NCBI GenBank assembly: GCA_003707115.1
Contig: PPNB01000021.1
Location: 1-64,000, forward strand
Direction: 5' to 3'
Length of the DNA: 64,000 nt
From: Tortispora ganteri
Taxonomy: Eukaryota
The position numbers and the translations under genes were made by a program. Below are positions 21,187 through 34,247 of the stretch, piece by piece. The notes under the pieces are model-generated. The model saw only the letters and a list, made by a program, of their open reading frames with translations. It was not told the origin of the DNA and ran no database searches. Numbering within the stretch: the first letter of the stretch is position 1; each line of letters starts with the position of its first letter.

Positions 21187-21933
21187 ATGATAAATTTAGC
21201 AGAAGTATGGCAAAATGGCAGTGTTCCTGTTGAAATTATTCTTGATGAAAAAAGTAGGCGGGCTGGGGTGGAGGTGCCAGTGTATTTACTGAAGATGGCG
21301 AGGAATTCCTACTGGCCATGTTATATTGACCAGATCAAGGCATTCTTTCATAATTATATAGACATTACACAATTAAATGACGAAGAATGGTACCTTGAAA
21401 GCACTCAGAACTTGGATATTGTTGACTGGACGATTCCTGTCGGTGTTCTATACGATACATTGAATATTGCAGGGCTTTTTAAGACGCGACTGCGATGCAT
21501 AGACGTACCCGTTACCATACTGCCACGAAGAAGAAACGGTGTTGAAGCACATTGGCTGCAGCGATTAAAGGAATCTGGGTTTTTGCGGTATAATAGCGTG
21601 TCGGCAGTCATGGGTCTAGAAAAAAAAGATGTGGAAGGCATGTGGAAAGCGATCTCGGCCAATGATGGTGAAGCATTTGCCAAACATATATCAAAAATCA
21701 GAGCTAGCACGCAAAATTATCCGGGAAAAATTTACACCAAGCAACTATCGCAATGCATACGGATACCTCTAACATTCACTGTTAGAGATTTACAGGTTAA
21801 ATATGATTGTTCAGGGTACATTAGCCAAGGAATCGTACTGGATTCCAGCTGGAAGTTTCAGGACATATTTCCATCCCTAATATGTGGGGACGGTTTTTTA
21901 CATTTAGTTCCTATTCAGGCTCCAGCTAATTAG
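21187..21933 (+). CDS. ATG5: Autophagy protein 5 (divergent, compact)
   Basis: 'VWQNGSVPV', 'RNSYWP', 'WTIPVGVLYD', conjugation-site helix 'WLQRLKESGFLR', C-terminal 'QGI...DGFLHLV'. Confidence 0.82.
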   Translation: MINLAEVWQNGSVPVEIILDEKSRRAGVEVPVYLLKMARNSYWPCYIDQIKAFFHNYIDITQLNDEEWYLESTQNLDIVDWTIPVGVLYDTLNIAGLFKTRLRCIDVPVTILPRRRNGVEAHWLQRLKESGFLRYNSVSAVMGLEKKDVEGMWKAISANDGEAFAKHISKIRASTQNYPGKIYTKQLSQCIRIPLTFTVRDLQVKYDCSGYISQGIVLDSSWKFQDIFPSLICGDGFLHLVPIQAPAN

Positions 21934-22633
21934 TAATATTCTATTAGTTATTCTGAAAATCTGCTACCAGATCGGGGCCTATTATCTCCTGTTTCCGGTC
22001 GCTTTGGTTTCGTCCCTGTTCTGGAACTTCCATACCGTTATGACAGTTACACGAATAAACCTTAATTTGTTGCACACTTCCCTATTCAAGTGGGAACGAA
22101 TTTCGCCCGACCTTGAAGTTGCACGACTTGACCTCGCGGCAAAATCTCGGAAACGACGCAGGATTATTATTTTTAAAGTATTTGTTACTCTTAATTGACC
22201 CTGAATTAGCTAAATTTGTATATAGCATATACTTGCACTGCGGTAATGAACCCGCCGCCATATGTAGCAAAATGCTCGAAAGCGTTGTTTACAGGTGTCC
22301 CAAATAGGGATAAATAGCTTTTCTATTGGTCCAATTAGAGGCTACGCCTCACTAAACCTTATTAAAAAGCCTAAACGCGCCTTTTTCGCATTCAAAATTC
22401 CCTTTCTTCAGCCCCTAACACTTACGCCTTTCTTAATATATAGTAGTACACCTTTCGTGAGGTTAGATACGTTTCTCTTTTACTGTTCCCTCTACATCAG
22501 CCTTAAGAGCGAAGTTTAGAATATTTGTGGACTTGTTTATTTTCCCTGTCGATTATCATCCGGATCTATCCAGACATCCCCCTGCTTCCGGCTCTCCTGA
22601 TTGTTTTGACCTTATTCGCGAAACTGTAACAGG

Positions 22634-24933
<2,300 letters not shown>

Positions 24934-25061
24934 TTTGGGTTCCCCCCTTTGTTTTTTTTTTTTGTTCATTTGCCCTCTTCTTTATCCTCTTCCTCTTTTT
25001 ATATATCTATACATAATTTAATGCAGTATTGGTGCTTTTAGCCCTATGGCCAAAAGACGGG

Positions 25062-25069
25062 GCTCATCG
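25062..25069 (-). promoter_or_regulatory. PAC-like element (CGATGAGC) upstream of a ribosome biogenesis gene
   Basis: GCTCATCG on the plus strand about 90 bp upstream of the YTM1 ATG; GATGAG is the Ribi PAC core. Confidence 0.5.
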
Positions 25070-25154
25070 TTTATGAGAGTAAAACCTCCCAACACACCCA
25101 CCATATGAAAATATTCTTCGATCTTCACCAAAAAGGAGAAACTTTTTTTTGACG

Positions 25155-26396
25155 ATGTCAGATACAGCACAAGTACGTGTAAGACTTAAAACTAGAGAAG
25201 AAATATATGCTGTTCCTGATGTTCCGCTAATAGTGCCACTATCGTTGAAGCGTTATGGGCTGTCACAAGTAGTCAACAAAGTACTTTCACTTGACGAATC
25301 AGTACCATTTGACTTCTTTGTTGGAGCCAACAAGACGCTTTTAAAGACGAGTTTAGACAAATATTTAACTGAAAATGGTCTTTCACCTGAAAATGAGCTT
25401 GAAATAGAATATACTAGATCAATTATACCCCCTGTACATTCAGGATCGTTCCCGCACGATGATTGGATATCGTCAGTTGCGCCTTCCGAGGAAACAATAG
25501 TGACAGGCAGCTTTGATGGGTATATTCGCGTATGGGACTACTCCGGTAACACAAATTCAACGCTAGTTGCGCATAAAGATGGCGTGAAAGCTGTATCTTG
25601 GGCAGACGGTGGTGCGCTCGTCAGCGGAGGCATGGACGGTCTGATCAAGCTTTGGGATATGACTAATGGCCGCTGTATTTCGCAGTTCATGGGTCATACA
25701 GCACCTATAAACAATATTACTGCTAAAGGAAATCTGCTTGTTAGTGCTGGTGCAGACGGACAGCTTGGTATCTGGAATTTAGATGCGAAACCGACCGTGG
25801 TCAAGCCGAAAAAGAAAAAGGCGAAATTGGAAGACAGCTATGTTGAGCCACAATCTATTGTCTCGCATAGCGTTCGCCAGGGCAACGTGTCATCAGCGCT
25901 AACTGATATTATATTTTCACCAAAAGACTCTACTGTTGCATACTCTGTCAGCGAGAATCACACTATCCAGACTTGGGATCTACTGACCCCACAGGTCGTT
26001 GAAACCAGCACTACTTCTTTCCCACTCTCGGCTCTGACAGCTTTGCCGCAAGTGGGCATTCTAGCTGTTGGATCCACAGCTAGACATATTCTTCTTCATG
26101 ATCCACGTGCACAGACAACATCGTCTGGACAACTCAACGGACATACTGGCATTGTTAGCTCGTTGGCACCCTCTCCTGAATCGGAATTCATGCTTGTATC
26201 CTCTTCTTATGATAGTACGTTGCGTATTTGGGATATCCGTGTTCCTGGTGCCTCCCTCTACACTATTCAAAGAGCCAACGGCAATAAATCAGATCGCGTA
26301 TTTGACGTCGACTGGATAAAAACAGGCATCTTCTCTGTAGGTACTGACAAGAATCTGCAGATCAACACTAGCACGGGTGCTCGAGCTCCAGAATGA
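25155..26396 (+). CDS. YTM1: Ribosome biogenesis protein Ytm1/WDR12
   Basis: N-terminal NLE/UBL domain 'LKRYGLSQVVN...PFDF', 'HDDWISSV', WD40 repeats, 'GSTARHILLHDPR'. Confidence 0.93.
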   Translation: MSDTAQVRVRLKTREEIYAVPDVPLIVPLSLKRYGLSQVVNKVLSLDESVPFDFFVGANKTLLKTSLDKYLTENGLSPENELEIEYTRSIIPPVHSGSFPHDDWISSVAPSEETIVTGSFDGYIRVWDYSGNTNSTLVAHKDGVKAVSWADGGALVSGGMDGLIKLWDMTNGRCISQFMGHTAPINNITAKGNLLVSAGADGQLGIWNLDAKPTVVKPKKKKAKLEDSYVEPQSIVSHSVRQGNVSSALTDIIFSPKDSTVAYSVSENHTIQTWDLLTPQVVETSTTSFPLSALTALPQVGILAVGSTARHILLHDPRAQTTSSGQLNGHTGIVSSLAPSPESEFMLVSSSYDSTLRIWDIRVPGASLYTIQRANGNKSDRVFDVDWIKTGIFSVGTDKNLQINTSTGARAPE

Positions 26397-26523
26397 AACT
26401 AAATACAGTATGGCTTTCTACATGCTCTTTATGACTTCACGCTTTACAGACAAAAAATTGTTTGATCTCATTTCTGTTACTATATACCTCTCTGGAGATT
26501 TTCCTTTTTACACGCTAGTGCGT

Positions 26524-27630
26524 TTAGAGAAGAGTTTTCAGTACACTGACAATGGCATCACCCATCTCAGTAGTTGTAGCATTGCCACGTAGATCACCGG
26601 TGCGGATTTCAAGACCACCTATATCTTTAGAATCGACGACCTTCTTGACTGCAGCTTCGACAGCATCAGCCTCCTTAGGCATGGCAAGCGAAAGTCTCAA
26701 CATCATAGCGGCCGAGAGGATCATAGCAATAGGGTTAACACGATTAGGAGGTAAATCAGGAGCAGAGCCGTGGCAGGGTTCGTAGAGGCCAATGGCTCTG
26801 TTATTGTCCGGCAGAGACGCGAGCGAAGCAGATGGTAGCAGTCCAAGAGATCCAGGAATCACAGAGGATTCGTCAGAGATAATATCACCGAAGATGTTAG
26901 AGCAGACAATGACACCATTCAAACTGGTAGGCGCCTTAATCATAATCATGGCGGCGGAATCCATAAGCTGATGTTCATACTTGATATCGGGGAACTCCTT
27001 GTCAAGAGTCTCGGTTACTGTCTTGCGCCACAAACGACCTGATGCCATGACGTTAGCCTTGTCGAGCGAGGTGACTTTTCCAGGAGGGTTAGTTTGGCGA
27101 GCCAAAAAGCCGGCCATACGGGTAATACGCTCTATCTCGGGCTTGGAGTAGATCTCTAAGTCAGAAGCTATACCGTCGCCTTCATCTTCCTTATGTTCAC
27201 CAAAGTAAATACCGCCGGTAAGCTCGCGTAGGACCATAATATCGGTTCCCTTAACAATCTCAGGTCTTAAAGGACTGAGATCAGCAAGCGATTCAGAAAT
27301 GAACTTGCAAGGACGCAAATTAGCATAGAGGTTGAGCTCCTTTCTGAGTCTGAGAAGTCCGGCCTCAGGGCGGACAAGACCAGTACCCCACTTTGGACCG
27401 CCAACGGCGGCGAACAACACAGCATCGCTCTTTTTTGCGGCTTCAAGGGTTTCGTCAGGGCAGGGTTCGCCAGTTGCATCAATTGCGCAGCCTCCACAAA
27501 GCATTTTATTGAAATTGAATTTTACGTCAGGGCGAGCTTCTTGAATGGTTTCCAGTACTTTTAGGGCTTCGGCCATAATTTCAGGACCAACATGGTCGCC
27601 TTCAAGCACTAAAATATTAAATTCAGTCAT
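26524..27630 (-). CDS. LEU2: 3-isopropylmalate dehydrogenase
   Basis: 'GDHVGPEI', 'AVGGPKWG...[11 protein letters not shown]', '[10 protein letters not shown]', '[11 protein letters not shown]'; ATG at 27630. Confidence 0.97.
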   Translation of the reverse strand: MTEFNILVLEGDHVGPEIMAEALKVLETIQEARPDVKFNFNKMLCGGCAIDATGEPCPDETLEAAKKSDAVLFAAVGGPKWGTGLVRPEAGLLRLRKELNLYANLRPCKFISESLADLSPLRPEIVKGTDIMVLRELTGGIYFGEHKEDEGDGIASDLEIYSKPEIERITRMAGFLARQTNPPGKVTSLDKANVMASGRLWRKTVTETLDKEFPDIKYEHQLMDSAAMIMIKAPTSLNGVIVCSNIFGDIISDESSVIPGSLGLLPSASLASLPDNNRAIGLYEPCHGSAPDLPPNRVNPIAMILSAAMMLRLSLAMPKEADAVEAAVKKVVDSKDIGGLEIRTGDLRGNATTTEMGDAIVSVLKTLL

Positions 27631-27745
27631 TCTGCTAGAAGATAGAGTAATCAAAAAATAAAAAATTACACACCACTTGTAAGGGGTTAGTTATTTATAT
27701 AGAGGTATAAAAGTGCAAGGTTATTCGATCGAAAGAGACGAAGGG

Positions 27746-27755
27746 CCGAAATCGG
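27746..27755. promoter_or_regulatory. Putative Leu3 binding site (CCG-N4-CGG)
   Basis: CCGAAATCGG about 120 bp upstream of the LEU2 ATG and upstream of a minus-strand TATATAAA near 27695. Confidence 0.6.
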
Positions 27756-27959
27756 AGGCATATTAAGGTCTATGATTGGCTGTAGGTATTAGCACGGAGA
27801 TCTGTGTGGGGGAACACTAAATGTGGGGTAAATGAAAGTGCCCGAGAAATGTAAAAATGTTAGATATTACATAGCTCTTATCGGTGTTCCAAGTGCCTTA
27901 GCGGCAAAAAGAATGAACAAATTAAAATAAATATAAATGTATCGTTTTATGTTGCGGTT

Positions 27960-30434
27960 TCAAGATTGCGGACTGGCTTGGATTATCTGGACTTTGGGGA
28001 CAGGAATAGGTGTGGCTTGATCTGCTTTTGCAGGTCGAGAACTAGCACGCGACTGGTTAGGAGATCTTCCATTCGTTTTATGCAATAAAGGACGTCTCTC
28101 CATATCCATTCTATCAGCGTGGTTCATCGGTAAGCTTGGACTATCGTTAGGGGTAGTTGGTGATGTGGGTGCCACTTCATAGCCGTCAGATGCGCTTTTC
28201 CTAGTGCGGTAGAACAAGCAGCAGAAGCAGACCATTATAATAGACGATAGCAACACAATACCCACAATTATACCAATTGCTAACATTATTGCCGGCTTTA
28301 TGTGACGAGGATCGCGTTGAGTCATCCAATCTGGGATCATCTCTGTATCAATCAGTAGAATTTGAGCGCCATCGCTAGTCCATCCGCGTTTTAATACTCG
28401 GATCCGATGTGATTTCGAAGCCGATCCGGGAAGTACTCCGTGGATTGAGAATATATAGACATCATCCGATAAAAGTTCGGCAGATATAGAAATTTGTGGA
28501 ACTAAAGTGGCGAAATGTGACCCGTTCAGACAATCTGCCCAGGGTTCCGTTTGCAAAACGTGAATCTGCAACAATGTTTCTAGAAAAGGAATATCAGTAG
28601 TGATATTACGATACCGCAATGCGTTATCGGTTGGAATAAGAATTGAGAAAGACGGCTGATCAATAAGCGTCTTTGAAATGTTAAATAGATCCAAAAAGCC
28701 TGCAAATGTTTGCGATCCGCTCGCATCAATAAGATCATTTCTTGTAATGTTTAAAAGATCAATTATAGGAAAATGTTTCAAAGAATGCGCTACTCCGCTT
28801 CTGAATAAAACGTCTTTCTGTGGTATCGGTCGCTGTCTGCCGTATAGTTCAATGCCTTCGTCGTTTTCCGACCATTTTAGAATGTGTTCTTCTCCAGATA
28901 GAGATTTCAACTTACTTGGTTCAGAATCTGAATAAAATAAGCCTTCAAACATCAGATATTCTGCAAACTGTTTCAATTTGGTGTGGTTTTTAAACAGCAC
29001 GGTCTGAATAAGTCCAGCCTCTTCCCATGCCCTATCTTCCAGGTAGAAAGCAGTAATTCCTTCTTTTGACTTAATATTTGCCATTTTAATGGCATGAAAT
29101 AAGTTTGACGATATTGTGGCTTTCATTGTATTGCCTAAAGAATTGACAAGTGATCCTGGCGAGCCAATGTCTTCTTCAACAATAAGCAAGGTAGTGTTAC
29201 CTACATTAATTTCGTATATTGACGAGCATTCTGAATTGCCAAAGAAAGGTGTTTCACTGTATGAAACACACCCATTTTCGTCGGTGGTATAGTGAATTCT
29301 TTGCGGCGCACCGCCCAGCGTCTTTGGTGTACGTCTAGTATTCAATAGCCCTTCTTTATATTGTGGCTTTTCGGTGACAAAATGGTACTGGATATCCCCA
29401 GATTTCATGTTTATCGACAAACTGTCAGACTGAGGAATCAGAATAGTTTGTTCATAGGATGGATCTTCGGCCCATTTACTTAAACTGTGTATAACCAGCT
29501 CGTCAGCAAAAGGAGAGTTCCCTGAAGCGTACATGTAATCCATTGGAGTATAGTTGAACGAATCTATTGAACACAGCATTTCATTCAAATGATAAATCAC
29601 GACATTCTCTTTTGTGTAGAATGGTTTAGAGAGTCGATGGTGGTTGAAAAACAGATGATTTTTGCTGAATGAAACAGAGACATTATTGCCCTCGTAATTA
29701 ATCAAAGTATCAGTGGTTAGATTTCCGGAATATATTGAAGAGTTGAATATGTGTGTTTCTAGTAGATGCGCAAGTTTATCCTTACCTTGGGGGATGGAGA
29801 ACAGGGCGAGTTGATATTCGTCGAATGAATCAAAAACGGTGTCGTCTAGCAGAATTAAGGTAGTATTTGTTAGAGAAGAGCAATTCACGGAGTCTTTGAG
29901 AAGATTTATATGTGTTTGAGCGTTGTAGTCATTAGAAAGTGTAGTGCAGAGATCATCGGGTGGGATCAGTAACGAGTCGACGACTTGTATAACACCATTA
30001 TCGGCGATCCAGTCAGATTTAATGACTCGAGAGTCATCTATGAGAATAGAACCTCCACCTTGACCGGGACTTCTTCGGTCTGGACGAATAACTATTGGCA
30101 ATGGTACGCCATTTTCAGCAACCAGGTAGCTGTTGAAGAGGTATTCGCGATCCATTGTATCAGAAGCGATCTGTGACGCATTAACTATACCGTGGGCAAT
30201 ATGGTAGCGCAGTATATCTGGATCTAGTGATATATTAGCAATGGCAGAATCAATAGGTGCAATAAGCGTAAGATTTCCGTGTGGAGTATTTAATAACGGC
30301 ACTAATTCTGCTTGTTGTAGGTTGATAAGTAGCTCTGTGAAACGCCCATCGGTACTGAGGAGATCGATAATGGTATTTGAGGCGAGTATAGAGGAAACCA
30401 GCATTGTAATCGTAATGCAAAAAAGCAACATCAT
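27960..30434 (-). CDS. Fasciclin (FAS1) domain type I membrane protein (YLR001C-like)
   Basis: Signal peptide; 'TIIDLLS...TLIAPIDSA', 'ADNGVIQVVDSLL', further FAS1-like repeats, one TM helix near the C-terminus. Confidence 0.8.
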   Translation of the reverse strand: MMLLFCITITMLVSSILASNTIIDLLSTDGRFTELLINLQQAELVPLLNTPHGNLTLIAPIDSAIANISLDPDILRYHIAHGIVNASQIASDTMDREYLFNSYLVAENGVPLPIVIRPDRRSPGQGGGSILIDDSRVIKSDWIADNGVIQVVDSLLIPPDDLCTTLSNDYNAQTHINLLKDSVNCSSLTNTTLILLDDTVFDSFDEYQLALFSIPQGKDKLAHLLETHIFNSSIYSGNLTTDTLINYEGNNVSVSFSKNHLFFNHHRLSKPFYTKENVVIYHLNEMLCSIDSFNYTPMDYMYASGNSPFADELVIHSLSKWAEDPSYEQTILIPQSDSLSINMKSGDIQYHFVTEKPQYKEGLLNTRRTPKTLGGAPQRIHYTTDENGCVSYSETPFFGNSECSSIYEINVGNTTLLIVEEDIGSPGSLVNSLGNTMKATISSNLFHAIKMANIKSKEGITAFYLEDRAWEEAGLIQTVLFKNHTKLKQFAEYLMFEGLFYSDSEPSKLKSLSGEEHILKWSENDEGIELYGRQRPIPQKDVLFRSGVAHSLKHFPIIDLLNITRNDLIDASGSQTFAGFLDLFNISKTLIDQPSFSILIPTDNALRYRNITTDIPFLETLLQIHVLQTEPWADCLNGSHFATLVPQISISAELLSDDVYIFSIHGVLPGSASKSHRIRVLKRGWTSDGAQILLIDTEMIPDWMTQRDPRHIKPAIMLAIGIIVGIVLLSSIIMVCFCCLFYRTRKSASDGYEVAPTSPTTPNDSPSLPMNHADRMDMERRPLLHKTNGRSPNQSRASSRPAKADQATPIPVPKVQIIQASPQS

Positions 30435-30605
30435 TTTAATTGGTATGGTTTTTCAACCAGAAACAAGCAGTATCGCACAGAATCTATCTGTTGAATAGGA
30501 TCAAAAAGTAAGGAGGAATGTACACTGTTAACCAATTACAAGTGTGGAGTAATGTGTGTGTATATACATACGGGGCTATTAGTGTTTAGGGTTATTTAGC
30601 CCTGT

Positions 30606-30617
30606 GTTACCCGGATT
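30606..30617. promoter_or_regulatory. Reb1-type site GTTACCCGGATT
   Basis: TTACCCG core about 90 bp upstream of RPC19; an identical 12-mer occurs at 53438. Confidence 0.55.
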
Positions 30618-30705
30618 TAAATATCTGACAGCAAAATTTATTGACGGTCGTATACACTGTGCGTTGCTGAATACTATTTGATCTGCTCTGTAAAACGAAC
30701 GTACG

Positions 30706-31080
30706 ATGTCGGAAATGGATGTTGATAGTGCGATAGAGATCGATATGCCTGAACTGGATAAGGACAAGATTGTTGTTCTTCCTGGGGCTTTGGCTGACGG
30801 TACAGGTGCAAGTTTCCAGATCAAAGATGAAGACCATACACTTGGAAATGCACTCAGATACATTATAATGAAAAATCCAGAAGTAGAATTTTGCGGATAC
30901 TCTATACCGCATCCTGCAGAACCATTTTTGAATATACGTATACAAACGTATGGAGAGATGTCTGCTATTGAAGCATTAGAAAAGGGACTAGACGACCTTG
31001 CCAGTATATGTGATCATGTTGAAGAAGTATACTCGAAGGCTGTCAATAAAAAAGATTATCCTACTGAGGAACCAATTTAA
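30706..31080 (+). CDS. RPC19: RNA polymerase I/III shared subunit AC19
   Basis: 'ASFQIKDEDHTLGNALRYIIMKNPEVEFCGYSIPHP'. Confidence 0.96.
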   Translation: MSEMDVDSAIEIDMPELDKDKIVVLPGALADGTGASFQIKDEDHTLGNALRYIIMKNPEVEFCGYSIPHPAEPFLNIRIQTYGEMSAIEALEKGLDDLASICDHVEEVYSKAVNKKDYPTEEPI

Positions 31081-31216
31081 TGAAATTAATGAAATTATAG
31101 AGAAATTTCCAACTAGTAGATGTAAATGATGCTGGGCGAGTATTTTAGTTAATTGGTTTGTAAACTAACCTCCCCCAAGCAACTGAGATTCTCCCCTCAT
31201 TACTGTAACAAACAAT

Positions 31217-33712
31217 ATGAAATCAGCACTTATATGTGCTTTAGTAATATGTTTGCTGTTACAATTTACCGGATTGGCTCTTTTTGCAAAGGGTATGTTT
31301 CCATATAAGGTAATTTTATCTGGATTTGCATCTGGCAAAGTTGACGCTCCAAAAGTGTTCAATAAATTGATATTTGTAGTCATTGACGCATTGAGGTCTG
31401 ACTTTGTATTCTCAGAGCAGTCGAATATGACTTTTCTACATGAATTGATTATATCAGGCAGTGCAATTCCTTTCACTGCCTATTCTACGCCACCTACAGT
31501 CACCTTACCGCGTCTTAAAGGGCTCACAACCGGTTCGGTTCCAAACTTTTTAGACGCGGTCTTGAACATAGCAGAATCAGACACTTCGTCGAGTCTCGCA
31601 ACACAAGACAGTTGGTTAGCGCAAGCGAGACGCGCAGGTAAACGCATACATATGTTTGGTGACGATACTTGGATTAAATTGTTCCCTGACTTCTTTGCCG
31701 TTGCTGATGGAACTACTAGTTTCTTTGTTTCGGACTTCACAGAAGTCGACAACAATGTGACTCGTCATTTAGATGCTGAACTTGGTCCTTCATCTGAATG
31801 GGATCTTCTGATTTTGCATTATCTTGGCTTAGACCATATAGGGCACAAAAGCGGACCAGAGAGCGTTCATATGCCTGCTAAACAAGCCGAAATGGACGAC
31901 ATTCTACGTCGTATTTACCAGTATGCCGAATCAAACCCTGAAACTCTCGTTGTCCTTTGTGGCGACCATGGAATGAACAGTGTCGGCAACCACGGTGGTT
32001 CGTCAGAGGGTGAGACATCTGCCGCAATGGTGTTTATGTCTCCTTTACTTCAGAAACTAAATAACACCTCAGAATGGCCTGCAGCTCCCATATCTGGTGA
32101 GTTCCAATTTTACAAAACTATAGACCAGTCAGACTTGGTTCCTACTATCTCATCGCTATTAGGCCTTCCAATACCACACAACTCACTCGGCCATGTTATT
32201 GAAGAACTTCTTCCTATGTGGTCAAACATCGAAGATCAACGCACTGTTCTACTAGCTAACGCTCATGAACTTGCCCGCTTAATGACGTCTACGTTTCCGG
32301 CATTCTCCAAATGCTCAAAACCAGGAGATATATACTGCGTCTATGAATCACTACCTACTGCGTCCTTACACACGATATCACAATTCATCTCGCATTGCCA
32401 AGGCGAGCTTTCGTCCGTATCCAGCAACTACAATATGAATTATATGTTATTCGGTCTCGGTTTTGCTATTATTGCATTGTTTGCTGCTGTATACATGTAC
32501 TTATCGCATGTGTATACTAATTTCTCAAGATTCAACAGCTTCACGTTCGTACTTTTTTGTGTACTCTTTGGCACGGCTATGTTTGGGTCATCTTTTGTCG
32601 AGGAAGAACACTGGATATGGTACTGGATGGGCTCGTTGCTTATCTCTTGTTATGTTATACAATGTGCCGCCATCGGAAAAACTCGCGATACAATTCTTTT
32701 GTTGGTGGTTTTGGGCATTTTCCGCATCCTTAGACGGTGGAATCAGAGCGGCCAGAAATATGCAGGATCCGACGATATAGCTAAATATTTGGCCCAAAAT
32801 CCTAATTTTTTGTTTGCTGCTAACTGTGCTACTTATGGTATATTTCTGTTAGTTGTTTGGCGATACATCTACTTCAAGAATATGCCAGGAATGTTTGACG
32901 CTGCTTCGGCTACTATTATTACGTTTACCATATTCACTTTTAAAGTAAGTATGGCTATTGCCATTGGTGAAGAAGTTCCCGGCATAGTTGCTGAAATTTT
33001 GGACGATCTCGGAATACATGCTGTACAGCCTATTTTAGTGCAGCTTGCCCGATACAGCTATTTGTTTATCGTCATGACTATCTTGTATGCAATCTTCATG
33101 TACAAGACTCAAATGGGATCTCTTACTGAGCTAGGCAAACTTCAAAAACAATTTGATTTCGTTCATGGCCTAGTTGGAACGACGGCGCTAGGTCTCTCGA
33201 TTCAATCAAAGTACTCTAACATACCTGTATGGGGTTTGTTCTATGTTCTTTATTCTATATTATTTCAAATAAAGGGCATAAGCAATAGCTCAAAAATGAT
33301 TATTTGCTTAGTATTAGGCAGATCGTCTTTTTTTGCTTTAGGGAACTCCAATTCTCTCTCCTCAATCGATCTTTCAAATTCATACAACGGAATCGACAGC
33401 TACAATGTTATATTAGTTGGTCTTCTTACGTTTATTGGAACTTATGCTGGCCCGATATTTTGGAGCATATCAGTTTCTTCCCTTGGACTGACAATAGACG
33501 AGGAAGATGCTTATGTTATTTTGAGCGTTCTAATCCACTCATCCGAAGCTGTATGTGTTTGTCTTGCTTGCTTTTTCCTGAGAAACCACCTGTTTATCTG
33601 GACAGTATTCTCTCCTAAACTACTTTATGCTTCTGTATGGGAACTAATTCAGCAGCCATTTTTTGATATCGGCTTAGTTGCTGTGACTTGGAGAATTATC
33701 TCCTCTATTTGA
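31217..33712 (+). CDS. LAS21: GPI ethanolamine phosphate transferase 2 (PIG-G)
   Basis: 'VVIDALRSDF', 'PPTVTLPRLKGLTTGS', 'LHYLGLDHIGH', 'GDHGM', 'SSFVEEEH', 'RNHLFIWTVFSPK'; also called GPI7. Confidence 0.92.
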   Translation: MKSALICALVICLLLQFTGLALFAKGMFPYKVILSGFASGKVDAPKVFNKLIFVVIDALRSDFVFSEQSNMTFLHELIISGSAIPFTAYSTPPTVTLPRLKGLTTGSVPNFLDAVLNIAESDTSSSLATQDSWLAQARRAGKRIHMFGDDTWIKLFPDFFAVADGTTSFFVSDFTEVDNNVTRHLDAELGPSSEWDLLILHYLGLDHIGHKSGPESVHMPAKQAEMDDILRRIYQYAESNPETLVVLCGDHGMNSVGNHGGSSEGETSAAMVFMSPLLQKLNNTSEWPAAPISGEFQFYKTIDQSDLVPTISSLLGLPIPHNSLGHVIEELLPMWSNIEDQRTVLLANAHELARLMTSTFPAFSKCSKPGDIYCVYESLPTASLHTISQFISHCQGELSSVSSNYNMNYMLFGLGFAIIALFAAVYMYLSHVYTNFSRFNSFTFVLFCVLFGTAMFGSSFVEEEHWIWYWMGSLLISCYVIQCAAIGKTRDTILLLVVLGIFRILRRWNQSGQKYAGSDDIAKYLAQNPNFLFAANCATYGIFLLVVWRYIYFKNMPGMFDAASATIITFTIFTFKVSMAIAIGEEVPGIVAEILDDLGIHAVQPILVQLARYSYLFIVMTILYAIFMYKTQMGSLTELGKLQKQFDFVHGLVGTTALGLSIQSKYSNIPVWGLFYVLYSILFQIKGISNSSKMIICLVLGRSSFFALGNSNSLSSIDLSNSYNGIDSYNVILVGLLTFIGTYAGPIFWSISVSSLGLTIDEEDAYVILSVLIHSSEAVCVCLACFFLRNHLFIWTVFSPKLLYASVWELIQQPFFDIGLVAVTWRIISSI

Positions 33713-34247
33713 TAATGACGAAACATTGAACTGGTTGATTCTATATATCAAGAACGAACGAAGAGAATGAAAAAGAAGAAAATGGCAATGATATACTAAG
33801 ATGCTACCATATACGAAGGTATGCCCAAAAATAGTGTATGCAATGATAACTTTTTGAAGATAGCGTTGGCAATAAGCGCTCGAGGATAGACCTGGTGACC
33901 GATGTAACGACGGAAGGTCTATTGGACGATGGCACTACTGCATCAGCAGATTAATGATCAGGAAGTGACAAATATACAATTAAAGACATTATAGATGAGG
34001 GACATTCTTGTACATAAATTTTGAAGAATATCGCTTCTTCTATTTACATTTGACTCACAAGCTGTACAGTATTTATAATTGATTCATTGTAAATACATTA
34101 CTGGTTCATTGTAACTCCCAGACGGGGTGGTTACAAAAATCCCGTGACAGTTACTAGTAGAAGACATAAGAACTCACGCTTAGCTGGGCTACCGCGTATT
34201 GAAAGTTTGGCGAAGCTTAGCAAGCTGAGAATAGAATACACGTAAAT

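Noticed and set aside
33713..34247. Hidden small gene or ncRNA between LAS21 and ERO1 (weak hairpin TTGTAAC...GTTACAA near 34110-34137)
   Set aside because: No convincing ORF, splice signals, tRNA boxes or paired C/D boxes; the hairpin is short and imperfect.
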